A DNA stretch of 64,000 nt from Candidatus Latescibacterota bacterium (GCA_038279365.1 JAYODI010000019.1:1443-65442), one strand, 5' to 3'. Shown: positions 27,583 through 38,183, counted from the first letter of the stretch. A program made the numbers and translations. The notes: generated by a model not told the origin, from the sequence alone.

Positions 27583-29805
27583 ATGAGCACGATTCATTTT
27601 GATAAGATCTCGATGTTTGCGCGCGAGCAAGAGCCAATTTCTGTGGGCATTCCATTTGCACAAGGTCAGTTGAAAGATGTGGCTGATTTTGGTGTGTTAA
27701 ATGGCGATGAAAATGTACCCGTTCAAGTGGATGTGACAGGGCGTTGGGATGATGGGTCGGTGAAGTGGTTGATGGCACATTTTGAGGTGGATTTGCCAGG
27801 TAACCGTGCACACGATGTGTCGTTTGTGTGTGATGGATCCGTGGTGAATCCAACCCCCGATTTGGCGGTGAGTGTGACGGAGAAGTCAGAAGGGGTGGAG
27901 ATTGATACGGGGGTGTTGAAGGTGGTCTGTGCGCGTGAAGGTTTTGATTTGTTTCGCCAAGTGGTGATGAATGGCAAAGAAGTATTTGGACCTGGTGCAT
28001 TTTCTGGGTTTGGCATTGTGGATGATGCGGGGCATCGGTTTGAGACAGCGACGATTGATCAGGTTGAGGTGATTGAGACGGGCCCAGTTCGTGGATTGGT
28101 GGAGTTGTCGGGTAAACATACGGGTGAAGATGGTGTGTTGTTTGACTTTCGCATTGTGATTGAAGCGTGGGCAGGTAAGCCATTTTTGCGTGTGGATTAT
28201 CAGTTTATCAACCGAGAAGATGCAAAAAGTGTGGATGTGTCTGCAATAGATCTCACGTTTCAGGCCAGCGGATCAGGTGTGCGTATGGCGTTGGGTGAGG
28301 GGCATTATCGCACGGGCGTGAAAGAGGGTGAAGGTGAGCAGGTTTTGAATGCAGAGGCGATTATTTATCAGGCAGTGGAACACGTGATGGAAGTGTTTTA
28401 TGGTGATTTTTGGGCAGATTGGTGCGACGGTGAGAAGGGTGTGTGTGTGACGCCCTTTCAGGCACATCAGAATTTTCCCAAAGGATTGCGTGTTCACGAA
28501 GGTGGCATAGATGTGGGTATTTTGCCTGCGGGAGAAGGGCCCATTAAGATGTTGCAGGGAGTGGCAAAGACACATCGGATGCAGTTTTATTTTCACGATA
28601 AGAGTATGAGTTTGGACGATGTGGTGATTGCGTCGTTGCAATTTCAGTATCCCGATGTGGGTATGTTGTCTGAGGCGTGGTATCGCGACAGTGGTGTGTG
28701 GGAGAATTTGTTTCCTGAACGGACATGTCAACGCATTGAAGCAAACCTTATCGATGTGGCAGATGGTCGCAATCGGGGGTTGGGGATGATGCATTGGGGT
28801 GATGGGCCTGATCATGGTTACACCCAACAAGGGCGTGGTAAGGGTGATTTGGTATGGACGAACAATGAGTATGATTTTCCGCATTGTATGTTTTTGTTGT
28901 TTGCCAAAACGGGTGAACGACGGTTTCGCGATGTGGGGTTGGTGGCGGCGCAACATTGGATAGATGTGGATTTCTGTCACCATAGTGATGATCCAATGAA
29001 GATGGGTGGGCAACCGATTCATACGGCAGGGCATGTAACAGGTGGTGTGACACCTTCGCATGAGTGGACGGAAGGGTTGTTGGATTATTACCATTTGACG
29101 GGCAAACGTGAGGCATATGAAAAGGCCGTTTCGATTGCCGATAATATGCTCTACCAATTGGCATCGCCTAAATTTTCAAAATTGGGTGGTTTTGCCGCGC
29201 GTGAAACAGGTTGGGCGATGCGTGGGTTGATTGCGGTTTATAATGAGACAAAGGAACAAAAATATTTGGATGCGTGTACCAAAATTGCCGAACAATTTTT
29301 GGCTTGGAAAAATGACTTGGGCGCGTTTTTGGCACCTTATACATCACATTCGCAGGTGCGTGTGCCATTTATGATTTCGATTGCTGTCAATGCGCTTCAT
29401 CGGTATTACACGGCCACAAAAGATGAACGTATTCCTGGGTTAATTGCCGAAGAGATGGGCGATTTGCTGGATTATTGTGTGATGCCTGATGGACGATTTT
29501 TTTATAAGGAATTGCCGAGTTTACACCGCCGTGCAGGAAGTTCACGCGAAATGGAAGCACTTTGTCATGCCTATGAGCTTTCGGGTGAAAAACGCTTTTT
29601 GGAGCAGGCTTTTCGGATGATGGAAGCGATGGTTGATCGTGGCATCAGTGGTAGTCGAGGGGGCAAGCGTATTGTGAAAGATTTGGTGGGGGATACCGTG
29701 TTGTTTGATGGGGCAGGGCCCAAGTCGTTTGCTTCGTTTTATGTGCCGTTTATGTCGGCTTATAAGACGCTGTCCGATGCAGGTGTGATGTCAAAGCTCA
29801 AATAG
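27583..29805 (+). CDS. Exo-rhamnogalacturonan lyase-like protein (PL26 / YetA-like), copy 1
   Basis: PISVGIPFAQG, RWDDGSVKW, ETGPVR N-terminal motifs; WGD, NNEYD, HWIDVD helical barrel; GAAAGGTG RBS. Confidence 0.7.
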   Translation: MSTIHFDKISMFAREQEPISVGIPFAQGQLKDVADFGVLNGDENVPVQVDVTGRWDDGSVKWLMAHFEVDLPGNRAHDVSFVCDGSVVNPTPDLAVSVTEKSEGVEIDTGVLKVVCAREGFDLFRQVVMNGKEVFGPGAFSGFGIVDDAGHRFETATIDQVEVIETGPVRGLVELSGKHTGEDGVLFDFRIVIEAWAGKPFLRVDYQFINREDAKSVDVSAIDLTFQASGSGVRMALGEGHYRTGVKEGEGEQVLNAEAIIYQAVEHVMEVFYGDFWADWCDGEKGVCVTPFQAHQNFPKGLRVHEGGIDVGILPAGEGPIKMLQGVAKTHRMQFYFHDKSMSLDDVVIASLQFQYPDVGMLSEAWYRDSGVWENLFPERTCQRIEANLIDVADGRNRGLGMMHWGDGPDHGYTQQGRGKGDLVWTNNEYDFPHCMFLLFAKTGERRFRDVGLVAAQHWIDVDFCHHSDDPMKMGGQPIHTAGHVTGGVTPSHEWTEGLLDYYHLTGKREAYEKAVSIADNMLYQLASPKFSKLGGFAARETGWAMRGLIAVYNETKEQKYLDACTKIAEQFLAWKNDLGAFLAPYTSHSQVRVPFMISIAVNALHRYYTATKDERIPGLIAEEMGDLLDYCVMPDGRFFYKELPSLHRRAGSSREMEALCHAYELSGEKRFLEQAFRMMEAMVDRGISGSRGGKRIVKDLVGDTVLFDGAGPKSFASFYVPFMSAYKTLSDAGVMSKLK
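27638..29123 (+). repeat. Direct repeat copy A (~1486 bp), apparently identical to 29954-31439
   Basis: Constant offset of 2316 bp; protein and shadow-ORF translations are identical across the interval. Confidence 0.92.
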
Positions 29806-29898
29806 TATGGCAAAATTTTGAGTCGTGTTTCAGGTTTGTGTCTGAGACGCGAGGTGTTGATGGGTGTCATTTCATGCAATTTAAAAAGGCAATCATTT

Positions 29899-32133
29899 AT
29901 GAGTACGATTCACTTTGATAAGATATCTAAACATGTTCGTGAAAAAGAACCCGTTTCTGTGGGCATTCCATTTGCACAAGGTCAGTTGAAAGATGTGGCT
30001 GATTTTGGTGTGTTAAATGGCGATGAAAATGTACCCGTTCAAGTGGATGTGACAGGGCGTTGGGATGATGGGTCGGTGAAGTGGTTGATGGCACATTTTG
30101 AGGTGGATTTGCCAGGTAACCGTGCACACGATGTGTCGTTTGTGTGTGATGGATCCGTGGTGAATCCAACCCCCGATTTGGCGGTGAGTGTGACGGAGAA
30201 GTCAGAAGGGGTGGAGATTGATACGGGGGTGTTGAAGGTGGTCTGTGCGCGTGAAGGTTTTGATTTGTTTCGCCAAGTGGTGATGAATGGCAAAGAAGTA
30301 TTTGGACCTGGTGCATTTTCTGGGTTTGGCATTGTGGATGATGCGGGGCATCGGTTTGAGACAGCGACGATTGATCAGGTTGAGGTGATTGAGACGGGCC
30401 CAGTTCGTGGATTGGTGGAGTTGTCGGGTAAACATACGGGTGAAGATGGTGTGTTGTTTGACTTTCGCATTGTGATTGAAGCGTGGGCAGGTAAGCCATT
30501 TTTGCGTGTGGATTATCAGTTTATCAACCGAGAAGATGCAAAAAGTGTGGATGTGTCTGCAATAGATCTCACGTTTCAGGCCAGCGGATCAGGTGTGCGT
30601 ATGGCGTTGGGTGAGGGGCATTATCGCACGGGCGTGAAAGAGGGTGAAGGTGAGCAGGTTTTGAATGCAGAGGCGATTATTTATCAGGCAGTGGAACACG
30701 TGATGGAAGTGTTTTATGGTGATTTTTGGGCAGATTGGTGCGACGGTGAGAAGGGTGTGTGTGTGACGCCCTTTCAGGCACATCAGAATTTTCCCAAAGG
30801 ATTGCGTGTTCACGAAGGTGGCATAGATGTGGGTATTTTGCCTGCGGGAGAAGGGCCCATTAAGATGTTGCAGGGAGTGGCAAAGACACATCGGATGCAG
30901 TTTTATTTTCACGATAAGAGTATGAGTTTGGACGATGTGGTGATTGCGTCGTTGCAATTTCAGTATCCCGATGTGGGTATGTTGTCTGAGGCGTGGTATC
31001 GCGACAGTGGTGTGTGGGAGAATTTGTTTCCTGAACGGACATGTCAACGCATTGAAGCAAACCTTATCGATGTGGCAGATGGTCGCAATCGGGGGTTGGG
31101 GATGATGCATTGGGGTGATGGGCCTGATCATGGTTACACCCAACAAGGGCGTGGTAAGGGTGATTTGGTATGGACGAACAATGAGTATGATTTTCCGCAT
31201 TGTATGTTTTTGTTGTTTGCCAAAACGGGTGAACGACGGTTTCGCGATGTGGGGTTGGTGGCGGCGCAACATTGGATAGATGTGGATTTCTGTCACCATA
31301 GTGATGATCCAATGAAGATGGGTGGGCAACCGATTCATACGGCAGGGCATGTAACAGGTGGTGTGACACCTTCGCATGAGTGGACGGAAGGGTTGTTGGA
31401 TTATTACCATTTGACGGGCAAACGTGAGGCATATGAAAAAGCCATTGCAATTGCCGATAATGTGCTGCGACAATTGGCATCGCCTAAGTTTTCTAAGTTG
31501 GGCGGTTCACAAGCGCGTGAAACAGGTTGGGCGATGCGTGGGTTAATTGCAGTGTATAACGAGACGAAGGATGAAAAATATTTGGATGCGTGTAAGTTGA
31601 TTGCCGAACAATTTTTGGCTTGGCGGTCTGAATTTGGTTCTTTTTTGGCACCCTATACGTCACATACACAGGTGCGCGTGCCATTTATGATTTCAATTGC
31701 TGTGAATGCATTATATCGCTATTACAAGGCCACAAATGATCATCGCATTCCCGATTTGATTGTGGAAGAAATGCGAGATGTATTACAAAATTGTGTGTTG
31801 GCGGATGATCGGTTTTTTTATAAAGAATTGCCAAGTTTGCATCGCCGCAGTGATTTTACATTGCAGATGGAAGCATTGTCCTATGCCTATCAATTGTCGG
31901 GTGACACACAGTTTCGCGATCATATTTTGACCATGATGCGGTCTATGATGAAGCGTGGGTTTGGTGGTGGCGGTGGTGGCAAGCGCATTGTCAAAGATAT
32001 GGTGGGTGATACGGTGTTATTTGATGGGCCAGGGCCTAAGGTGTTTGCGTTTTTTTACATTCCATTTATGGTGGCTTATAAAACGTTGGCCGATGAAAAT
32101 TTGTTGACTGAGTTTGAATACCGATCTATTTAA
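29899..32133 (+). CDS. Exo-rhamnogalacturonan lyase-like protein (PL26 / YetA-like), copy 2
   Basis: Same motifs as copy 1; start MSTIHFDKIS at 29899; divergent C-terminal ~230 aa. Confidence 0.7.
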   Translation: MSTIHFDKISKHVREKEPVSVGIPFAQGQLKDVADFGVLNGDENVPVQVDVTGRWDDGSVKWLMAHFEVDLPGNRAHDVSFVCDGSVVNPTPDLAVSVTEKSEGVEIDTGVLKVVCAREGFDLFRQVVMNGKEVFGPGAFSGFGIVDDAGHRFETATIDQVEVIETGPVRGLVELSGKHTGEDGVLFDFRIVIEAWAGKPFLRVDYQFINREDAKSVDVSAIDLTFQASGSGVRMALGEGHYRTGVKEGEGEQVLNAEAIIYQAVEHVMEVFYGDFWADWCDGEKGVCVTPFQAHQNFPKGLRVHEGGIDVGILPAGEGPIKMLQGVAKTHRMQFYFHDKSMSLDDVVIASLQFQYPDVGMLSEAWYRDSGVWENLFPERTCQRIEANLIDVADGRNRGLGMMHWGDGPDHGYTQQGRGKGDLVWTNNEYDFPHCMFLLFAKTGERRFRDVGLVAAQHWIDVDFCHHSDDPMKMGGQPIHTAGHVTGGVTPSHEWTEGLLDYYHLTGKREAYEKAIAIADNVLRQLASPKFSKLGGSQARETGWAMRGLIAVYNETKDEKYLDACKLIAEQFLAWRSEFGSFLAPYTSHTQVRVPFMISIAVNALYRYYKATNDHRIPDLIVEEMRDVLQNCVLADDRFFYKELPSLHRRSDFTLQMEALSYAYQLSGDTQFRDHILTMMRSMMKRGFGGGGGGKRIVKDMVGDTVLFDGPGPKVFAFFYIPFMVAYKTLADENLLTEFEYRSI
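29954..31439 (+). repeat. Direct repeat copy B
   Basis: See copy A. Confidence 0.92.
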
Positions 32134-32144
32134 AGGGATTTTTT

Positions 32145-33623
32145 ATGTCGAAACCACGTAATGTGCTTTTTATTCTTGCTGATCAATTTCGTGCAGACAG
32201 TTTGGGGTGTGTGGGGCATCCTGTTGTGAAGACCCCTCACTTAGATATGTTGGCGCGTGAAGGCACATTGTTTAAAGAATGTTTTGTGCAAACGGCACCT
32301 TGTGGGCCGAGTCGTATGTGTATGTATACCAGTAGATACCCTTGTTCAAACCGTTCGATTGGAAATAAGGTGCCGCTTATAGATGCACAAGAGAATTTGG
32401 GTATCTATTTGCGTGAAGCGGGTTATAAACCAGGGCAAATGGGGTATCAGGATTATGCGGTTGATCCGCGTATTTTGCCACCTGATGATTTCCGAACTTA
32501 TACACCCAATTACGATAATTTTTTGCCTGGTTGGGATGTGTTGCTCGATCATGAATATGATTCGAAAGAGTATTTTGATTATTTGCGTACAAAAGGATAT
32601 CCTGAGGAATTGTGCAATCATAAAGCCATTCATGAACCCAATGTACCGCCTGAAGGACCGGGCGAGCATTTGAGTATTCGGTATCCGGCACATTACAAGG
32701 AAGAGGATTGTGAGTGTCGTTTTATCACAAACCAAGCAATTGACTATATTGGTAAACGGCAAGCAGGTGGATGGGTGCTGAATATCAATTACATTAAACC
32801 CCACCCACCGCGTATTTGTTCGGCACCTTATAACGATATGTATGACCCTGCCGATATGCCAGAGGCAACGCGTCGAGAGGATGAGTTGCATTCGAAACAT
32901 CCCTACTTAGAGCAGGTGCATCGCAAACCAACGCTGGTACCGGAACGAGATTTACGCGAGACCCAAGCGAATTATTGGGGGATGATTACGGAGTTGGATG
33001 CGTCGTTGGGTTTGTTGTTTGCATCATTAAAGGAAACGGGGCAGTGGGAGAACACGCTGATTGTTTTTTCATCGGACCATGGCGAATACTTGGGTGATCA
33101 CTATTTGACGGGAAAAGGTCAGCTTTTTGATGGCACGATGCGTGTGCCATTGATTGTGCGCGATCCATCACCCGAAGCCGATGTGACCCGCGGACAACAG
33201 TTAGATGGTTTTGTAGAATCCATTGATCACGCACCTACCATGTTAGACTATTTGGATATACCGATTCCTGATCGGTTTCAGGGAACCAGTGTGTTGGGGC
33301 GAATTCGAGGTGAGACCTATGTAAAAACGGAGATACACTATGAAAAGGATATCCGTGGCGAAGTGGCTCATATCATTGACGATCCTGATCGGGCACTGAT
33401 GTGGGTGGTGAGAGATAACAACTATAAATATGTCCAATTTGGCGATGAGGCCATTCCACCGCTGTTGTATGATTTGAAAGCCGATCCTGATGAGTTTCAT
33501 AACTTGGCTGATGATCCTTCGCATATGCCCACTATTTTAGCATATTGCCAAAAGCTTTTGCGTTGGCGTATGAAACACGAAGACCAACGCATGATTCATT
33601 GGTATGCGCACTATCAGTCATAA
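32145..33623 (+). CDS. Cys-type sulfatase / phosphonate monoester hydrolase-like
   Basis: NVLFILADQFR, CGPSR (CxPxR), PHPP, SDHG; no signal peptide. Confidence 0.88.
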   Translation: MSKPRNVLFILADQFRADSLGCVGHPVVKTPHLDMLAREGTLFKECFVQTAPCGPSRMCMYTSRYPCSNRSIGNKVPLIDAQENLGIYLREAGYKPGQMGYQDYAVDPRILPPDDFRTYTPNYDNFLPGWDVLLDHEYDSKEYFDYLRTKGYPEELCNHKAIHEPNVPPEGPGEHLSIRYPAHYKEEDCECRFITNQAIDYIGKRQAGGWVLNINYIKPHPPRICSAPYNDMYDPADMPEATRREDELHSKHPYLEQVHRKPTLVPERDLRETQANYWGMITELDASLGLLFASLKETGQWENTLIVFSSDHGEYLGDHYLTGKGQLFDGTMRVPLIVRDPSPEADVTRGQQLDGFVESIDHAPTMLDYLDIPIPDRFQGTSVLGRIRGETYVKTEIHYEKDIRGEVAHIIDDPDRALMWVVRDNNYKYVQFGDEAIPPLLYDLKADPDEFHNLADDPSHMPTILAYCQKLLRWRMKHEDQRMIHWYAHYQS

Positions 33624-33721
33624 AATAAAGCCAAGCAGGCACAGCACACGATTGCATCAAATAATAAGTAGCATGTCACAAAATAACAATTCCTTCCAAC
33701 TCTGTTTTTAAAGGTTTTTTT

Positions 33722-35665
33722 ATGTCATCGCGTCCTCTTTATTCACGATTAGACCTCGAAACGCTCAAAACCTTCTCACGCGATCAAGTTTTAGAGGTTT
33801 TTGGCTCTTTTGACGAACGCACCGTAGACAAGAACCAATTTGTATTGCAGGTTGCGACACTTTTGGATCCAAAGCGCGTTTCGGGGTTATCCGAAGCGAT
33901 GGCTTTAGGTGATACGGATGCGATTACACAAGCCGTGTTACATGTATGTAAGGGGGAACGTGCAACAGTCTCTGCTGAGGCAAATGATGAAACACTGCAT
34001 TTGGCAGAAGATGTGCTCACACATAAGTTCAAATTTTATTCCGAAACCCATCAATTGCCCCATGATTTGGATTGGGATTTTAACCCAGGCACCGCACATT
34101 GGTCACACGATTTAAACCGTTTTTCATATTTGGGTATTTTAAATCGTGCCTATTTTGCAACAAAAGATGAACGGTTTTCTCAAAAGGCCATTGGGTTGAT
34201 TTTGGATTGGATTGACAAGTGTGAGATTGAACGCTGTTTTGAGGGCACACCGTATGTATTTGGTTCTTATTTGAACAATGCCATTCATTGTGCGGGTTGG
34301 GCGCGTTGTGTGCAAATGTTGTTGCCCGAAGGGCAGGTATCTGGTGAAGCCTTATTGCGCATTTTGAAGTCGTTACACGATCAGATTGCATATTTGGAGG
34401 TGGTGACCAATGGGCATGCGGGCAATTGGCCCACCATTGGGTGCCAGGGTATTTTACAAACCTTGGCGGCTTTGCCGGTGTTTCGCGATACAGACAGATG
34501 GATTGATTATTGTATTGAAACGCTGGCCAAACAAATAGACGCACAAATTTTACCCGATGGTGTGCAAGATGAACTGACGCCTCATTATCATGCGGTGGTG
34601 GTGAATAATTTACTTACTGCGTGTGAGAGTTTGAAGGTGTTGGGGCGTGAATTAAATGGGCAAACGTTGGAGACATTGCGCAAGTTGGTACATTATCAGC
34701 AGCAAACGGTGGTGCCCAATGGGTCTGCCCAAGTGGCGTTTAATGACAGTGACCCCGAGGCGGTGCCTAAAATTGTAGATCGTTTAAAAGCATTGGGCAT
34801 GGACGATTATATTTCAGATCCCAATCAGTTGGGGCCCGAAGCCTTTCCGTATGCGGGTGTTGCTTTTTTGCGCCAAAAAGCAACAGATGGCGATTTGTAT
34901 TTGGCATTTGATGGGGGGCCATTTGGGCGATCACATCAGCACGAAGATAAGTTGGGTTTTTGGCTTTATGCTTATGGCCGCAGTTTGATTGTTGATCCTG
35001 GGCGTCATTTGTACGACAATTCGGAAGCGTCTTACATACCGTATTTGCGAACGACGCAGGCCCATTCGACCATAGTGGTAGATGGTGAGGGGCAAAACAG
35101 CCGCGCCAAACGCGATACATGGATTGCCAAAGCACCAGGGTCGTTGACGTTTTCGATGTCAGAAGGTGAAGTGCGTGCATCATCGGCTTATGATTTGGGA
35201 TATGGCTCAGACAATGCGATTGCGGTGGTTCATCAGCGCGAAATTGTGTTTGTGCAAGAGAAGTTTTGGATGGTGTTTGACCGGGTGGTTGGTGAAGGTG
35301 AACACACGCTTGAGTCGCGTTTTCACTTTTACCCTGGTGATGTGGCAGTGGAAGGTTCTCGGGCGATGACACAGTATGACGATGCCAATGTGTTGTTGTG
35401 GTCGTCCAGTGATTGGGATGATGTGCATGTAGAAAAAGGACAGGAAAATCCACGCAGTGGTTGGTATTCGGCAAGTTACAGCCTGATTGAGCCAGCACCG
35501 TGTTTGTCATTGTTTTGTCAGACAATTTTGCCATTTACGTCGGCAACCTTGTTGTTGCCCTATCAAGGACAGAAAGTGCCTCACGTGCAGTTTGAGGCAC
35601 ATGATCGGGGTGCAACGGTCAGGTTAAATGGTGAAACAATAGATGTGCAGACGACATTGATATGA
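33722..35665 (+). CDS. Heparinase II/III-family polysaccharide lyase
   Basis: GNW, QILPDGVQDELTPHYH, HQHEDKL, LIVDPG, AHSTIVVDG. Confidence 0.85.
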   Translation: MSSRPLYSRLDLETLKTFSRDQVLEVFGSFDERTVDKNQFVLQVATLLDPKRVSGLSEAMALGDTDAITQAVLHVCKGERATVSAEANDETLHLAEDVLTHKFKFYSETHQLPHDLDWDFNPGTAHWSHDLNRFSYLGILNRAYFATKDERFSQKAIGLILDWIDKCEIERCFEGTPYVFGSYLNNAIHCAGWARCVQMLLPEGQVSGEALLRILKSLHDQIAYLEVVTNGHAGNWPTIGCQGILQTLAALPVFRDTDRWIDYCIETLAKQIDAQILPDGVQDELTPHYHAVVVNNLLTACESLKVLGRELNGQTLETLRKLVHYQQQTVVPNGSAQVAFNDSDPEAVPKIVDRLKALGMDDYISDPNQLGPEAFPYAGVAFLRQKATDGDLYLAFDGGPFGRSHQHEDKLGFWLYAYGRSLIVDPGRHLYDNSEASYIPYLRTTQAHSTIVVDGEGQNSRAKRDTWIAKAPGSLTFSMSEGEVRASSAYDLGYGSDNAIAVVHQREIVFVQEKFWMVFDRVVGEGEHTLESRFHFYPGDVAVEGSRAMTQYDDANVLLWSSSDWDDVHVEKGQENPRSGWYSASYSLIEPAPCLSLFCQTILPFTSATLLLPYQGQKVPHVQFEAHDRGATVRLNGETIDVQTTLI

Positions 35666-35689
35666 TTTTTTGGGCGTTTGGGTATGTAT

Positions 35690-35727
35690 AAAAGGTCAGC
35701 CACACAGATGGGGTTGGCCTTTTGTTT
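35690..35727 (+). terminator. Probable intrinsic terminator
   Basis: AAAGGTCAGCC-loop-GGTTGGCCTTT followed by TGTTTT. Confidence 0.5.
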
Positions 35728-35817
35728 TGCCTGATATTGACCAGCGGAAAGGGTCTGAAGTATGTTTTAAGGATAAAGGCATTTCCAAACAAGATCCAAA
35801 GATCAGGTGGTGAAGCG

Positions 35818-36903
35818 ATGAATGAATTAACGGGTGTTGAACGCATTGGCAACATTTTAAGCCACAAACCTGTCGATCGCATTGGTTTGTATGAACATTT
35901 TTGGGGCGATACGCTTAAGAAGTGGCAAGGGAGTGGGCATATTGGTGAACAAGAAGATTTGGCCACGCACTTTGGGTTTGATATGGCTTCTTGTTGGGCG
36001 TTTAATATGGTGGCCGATTTGGATTTTGTACCCGAGGTGATTGAAGAGACCGATGAGACGATTTTGACACGCGATGGCAATGGGGCACTATTGCGGCGAC
36101 ACAAGTTGCACAATGCCACACCTGAGCATGTGGATTTTGCTGTAAAGGAACGGACGGCTTGGGAAGAATTGGTGAAACCGCACCTGGTTCCTTCTCGTGC
36201 GCGCATCAAGTTTGATGCATATCAAGAGGCCAAACGCAACAGCCAAGACCACGATCGTTTTTTTTGCTGGGCAGGTGTCAATGTGTTTGAGTTGATGCAT
36301 CCTGTGTGTGGGCATGAATATATGTTGATGGGCATGGCTTTGGACCCCGATTGGATCAGCGACATGGCCCATACCTATGCCGATTTGACCATTGCGTTGA
36401 TGGAGATATTGTTTGCTGAGGCAGGAAAGCCCGATGGTGTGTGGTTTTATGAGGATATGGGATTTAAGCAACATCCCTTTATGTCTCCTGCTATGTATCA
36501 GGCATTGATACAACCTGCACACAAAAAGACCATTGATTTTGCCCACGCGCAGGGTTTGCCTGTGGTGATGCATTCGTGTGGCTTTATTGAGCCGTTGTTG
36601 CCTCATATTGTGGATGCTGGCATTGATTGTTTGCAGGTGATTGAAGTGAAAGCTGGGATGGATTTGTTGCGAATCGCCAAAAATTTTGGTGATCGTATTG
36701 CTCTTTGTGGTGGTATGGATGCACGCAATTTGGTGTCGAATGACCAAGGTGCCATTTTGGCTGAGTTGGAGGAGAAGGTGCCAGTGGTGAAAAATATGGC
36801 GGGTTATATTTTACACTCGGATCATTCTATTCCAACCACAACAGATTATGAGACGTATCGCTTTTTTGTAGATAAAGGTTTAACATTGGGCCAGTATCAT
36901 TGA
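35818..36903 (+). CDS. Uroporphyrinogen decarboxylase-fold protein (MtaA/CmuA-like)
   Basis: EDMG...FMSP, MHSCG (HxC), GGMD, YILHSDHSIP. Confidence 0.85.
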   Translation: MNELTGVERIGNILSHKPVDRIGLYEHFWGDTLKKWQGSGHIGEQEDLATHFGFDMASCWAFNMVADLDFVPEVIEETDETILTRDGNGALLRRHKLHNATPEHVDFAVKERTAWEELVKPHLVPSRARIKFDAYQEAKRNSQDHDRFFCWAGVNVFELMHPVCGHEYMLMGMALDPDWISDMAHTYADLTIALMEILFAEAGKPDGVWFYEDMGFKQHPFMSPAMYQALIQPAHKKTIDFAHAQGLPVVMHSCGFIEPLLPHIVDAGIDCLQVIEVKAGMDLLRIAKNFGDRIALCGGMDARNLVSNDQGAILAELEEKVPVVKNMAGYILHSDHSIPTTTDYETYRFFVDKGLTLGQYH

Positions 36904-36936
36904 GTTGGATCAAAGATGAGAAATAAAGGAGGTCCG

Positions 36937-36970
36937 ATAAACCGGCCATATATCTGATGGTCGGTTTATT
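36937..36970 (+). terminator. Hairpin / probable terminator
   Basis: ATAAACCGGCCAT-loop-ATGGTCGGTTTAT. Confidence 0.55.
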
Positions 36971-37117
36971 TGTGTTGGTCAAATGGAAGTGTTATAGATA
37001 GGTGGTGTATGTGTGATGAACGTGGGATTGAATTTTGATTGACTTTACATACTTCTGTTTATATATCGTGGGTTCAACAAACAGAACCTGTTGTTTCACT
37101 TTAGGGAGGTTATGGGT

Positions 37118-38080
37118 ATGAAATTGGTAACGTATGCCGTAGGTGGTCAAGAAGCTTTGGGTGTTGTGGTTGCAGATGATCAGGTTGTGATCAATTTGGC
37201 CGCAGCAGATAAAGCATTGGCGCAGTCTGAAAAACGCAAAGTCCATCCGTTTTTTACGGATATGATGACGTTGTTAGAAGCAGGTAATAAAGGGCGTGTG
37301 GCGGCCAAAAAAGCAGTGGTTGCCGCTGAGGCGAAATTAAAAAAACCAGATGGTAAAATGAGCTTTGCCATTGGCAAGGTGAAGCTTCGATCGCCTTTGA
37401 TGCCCCGAAAGGTGTTGGCACTTGCAGGTAATTATCGCGACCATATTGAAGAAGGTGGTTCGATGATGTCAAAACAAGATGCTGAAACCCCCCGCATTTT
37501 TATGAAACCTCCCACATCAACAGTGATTGGGCCGGGTGAGAAGATTTTGATTCCACCGGTTGCTAATGGGGTAGATTGGGAAGGTGAGTTGGCGGTGGTA
37601 ATGGGCCGCAAGGCCAAGGGGATAAAGGCCAAAGATGCGCTGAAGTATGTGGCAGGCTATACGGTGATGAATGATGTGTCTGAGCGCAAATTGTTGATCA
37701 AAAAGCGCAGTGCTACCCGTGATCGCGATGCCTTTTTTGATTGGCTCAATGGCAAATGGTTGGATACATTTGCGCCTATGGGACCTTGGATTGTGACGAG
37801 TGATGAGATCAAAGATCCACAAACCTTGGATATCAGCACCTATGTAAATGGAGATCGCAAGCAGCACAACAATACTGGGCAGATGTTGTATAAGGTAGCC
37901 GATATTATTGAATATGTGTCGACCATTATCACCCTGGAGCCTGGTGATGTTATTTCGACGGGTACGATTGCGGGGGTTGGCAATACAACCGGTACTTATA
38001 TGCAACCTGGTGATCTGGTGGAGATTGAAATATCGAAGATTGGTCGCTTAAAGAACCCTGTGGCAGCAAGTAAAAAGTAG
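37118..38080 (+). CDS. Fumarylacetoacetate hydrolase-family protein
   Basis: GNYRDH, FMKP, VDWEGEL, NDVSER, GKWLDTFAPMGP, PGDVISTGT. Confidence 0.92.
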   Translation: MKLVTYAVGGQEALGVVVADDQVVINLAAADKALAQSEKRKVHPFFTDMMTLLEAGNKGRVAAKKAVVAAEAKLKKPDGKMSFAIGKVKLRSPLMPRKVLALAGNYRDHIEEGGSMMSKQDAETPRIFMKPPTSTVIGPGEKILIPPVANGVDWEGELAVVMGRKAKGIKAKDALKYVAGYTVMNDVSERKLLIKKRSATRDRDAFFDWLNGKWLDTFAPMGPWIVTSDEIKDPQTLDISTYVNGDRKQHNNTGQMLYKVADIIEYVSTIITLEPGDVISTGTIAGVGNTTGTYMQPGDLVEIEISKIGRLKNPVAASKK

Positions 38081-38146
38081 TTTCTTTTTTTAATAATTTG
38101 GGTTTGAAGAGATAAAATTTCATGCACGATTCATATACCCAATGCC

Positions 38147-38183
38147 AACCCCCCTCAGTATCTAAGACACAGAGGGGGGTTTT
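38147..38183. terminator. Hairpin terminator between convergent genes
   Basis: AACCCCCCTC-loop-GAGGGGGGTTTT. Confidence 0.6.

Noticed and set aside
27583-32133. Diversity-generating retroelement explanation for the paralog pair
   Set aside because: No reverse transcriptase; differences are not adenine-specific and span about 700 bp; the repeat is far longer than a TR/VR pair.
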